From Candidatus Lustribacter sp. (GTDB lineage Bacteria > Vulcanimicrobiota > Vulcanimicrobiia > Vulcanimicrobiales > Vulcanimicrobiaceae): a DNA stretch of 64,000 nucleotides. Below are positions 63,531 through 64,000 of this stretch, in pieces. Made by a program: the position numbers and the translations under genes. The stretch spans positions 2,264,894-2,328,893 of the forward strand of contig OZ255842.1 of NCBI GenBank assembly GCA_965277805.1, written 5' to 3'. The notes under the pieces were generated by a model. The model worked only from the letters and a program-made list of their open reading frames with translations. It did no database searches and was not told the origin of the DNA. The first letter of the stretch is position 1. Every line of letters starts with the position of its first letter.

Positions 63531-64000
63531 GCCTTCCAGATCAGCTCGCTCGCCGGGAAGCCTTCATCGAGGAACTTGTACTTCGCGGCGAAGTCAATCG
63601 TCGGCTGCAGTTCCGCCGGCACCGTGGTCTCGGCGTACACCGAGCGCACCATGTGCGCGAGCGTATCGGGATCGACCTTGGCGTACTTCTCGAGGATCAC
63701 GGCGCTCTTGGCGTGATTGGCGTTGCCCCACGCCGCCGCTTCGCGAATGGCTGCGGCGAAGCGCGTCACCGTGTCGACGTTCGCCGCCGCCCACTGCTTG
63801 CTCGTGAAATACGCAGCGCCGAGGAACCGCTTCGCGATCGCCTCGTACGGACGTCCGATCAGCTTCGTCGAATCGCGCAGCGCGGTCGCATAGGGTTCCA
63901 CGATGAAGGCGGCGTCGATGCGCCCCGCTTTCATGGCATCGCCGCACGCGATGTAGGGAATCTCGACCCATTTGACTTTCGCCGGGTCGCCGCCGTGCTG
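63527..64000 (-). CDS. NMT1/SsuA-like substrate-binding protein (partial; 5' end beyond the window)
   Basis: The reading frame stays open to the window edge: ..QHGGDPAKVKWVEIPYIACGDAMKAGRIDAAFIVEPYAT... The C-terminal ..AKYKFLDEGFPASELIW is typical of the SBP paralogues here. Confidence 0.75.
   Translation of the reverse strand, partial: QHGGDPAKVKWVEIPYIACGDAMKAGRIDAAFIVEPYATALRDSTKLIGRPYEAIAKRFLGAAYFTSKQWAAANVDTVTRFAAAIREAAAWGNANHAKSAVILEKYAKVDPDTLAHMVRSVYAETTVPAELQPTIDFAAKYKFLDEGFPASELIWKA

Noticed and set aside
1-64000. CRISPR arrays, tRNA/rRNA genes, transposases or integrases, toxin-antitoxin or phage-defence systems, and long perfect tandem repeats.
   Set aside because: I scanned the intergenic regions and all ORF translations. 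There are no repeat-spacer periodicity, no cloverleaf-like or rRNA-like segments, no DDE, tyrosine- or serine-recombinase signatures, and no nuclease, helicase or ATPase defence-type proteins. All gaps are 155 bp or shorter.
1-64000. The many SBP genes as an assembly or collapsed-repeat artefact.
   Set aside because: The copies are strongly diverged at protein level and share only family motifs. They sit in different operon contexts and have distinct signal peptides.

Overview
High-GC (about 65% by eye) bacterial chromosomal DNA, almost entirely coding. I call about 62 CDS, two of them truncated at the window edges, plus one frameshifted pseudogene. I saw no rRNA, tRNA, CRISPR array, transposase, integrase or recognisable defence genes. 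The window is a dense catabolic island of eight to nine operons, many with 1-4 nt stop/start overlaps. It holds IclR regulators (x2), a GntR regulator, Rieske oxygenases and ferredoxins, LigB-type, VOC-type and cupin-type ring-cleavage-like proteins, Amidohydrolase_2 enzymes, PhtD-like proteins, FAH, dienelactone hydrolase, meta-cleavage-type alpha/beta hydrolases, class II aldolases and an aldehyde dehydrogenase. Three things stand out. (1) An ATP-dependent hydantoinase/acetone-carboxylase-superfamily system with unusual architecture. It has three HyuB-like subunits, each fused to an acetone-carboxylase-gamma-like Cys4 zinc ribbon, and only two HyuA-like subunits. It also has two leaderless periplasmic-binding-protein-fold partners translationally coupled to HyuB-gamma genes and an embedded SIP-type flavin reductase. 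One HyuA sits alone between a LigB-superfamily protein and a bicupin. (2) An extreme expansion of solute-binding-protein genes: 13 secreted NMT1/SsuA-like and 3 LivJ-like, against a single NitT/TauT-type and a single Liv-type membrane/ATPase set. (3) A conserved AT-rich 18-nt motif (AACGAAAT-N4-TTTTAA) at four intergenic sites. Functions are inferred from motifs read by eye and from recalled family knowledge; no searches were run. Start codons were re-assigned where the six-frame ORF was clearly over-extended.
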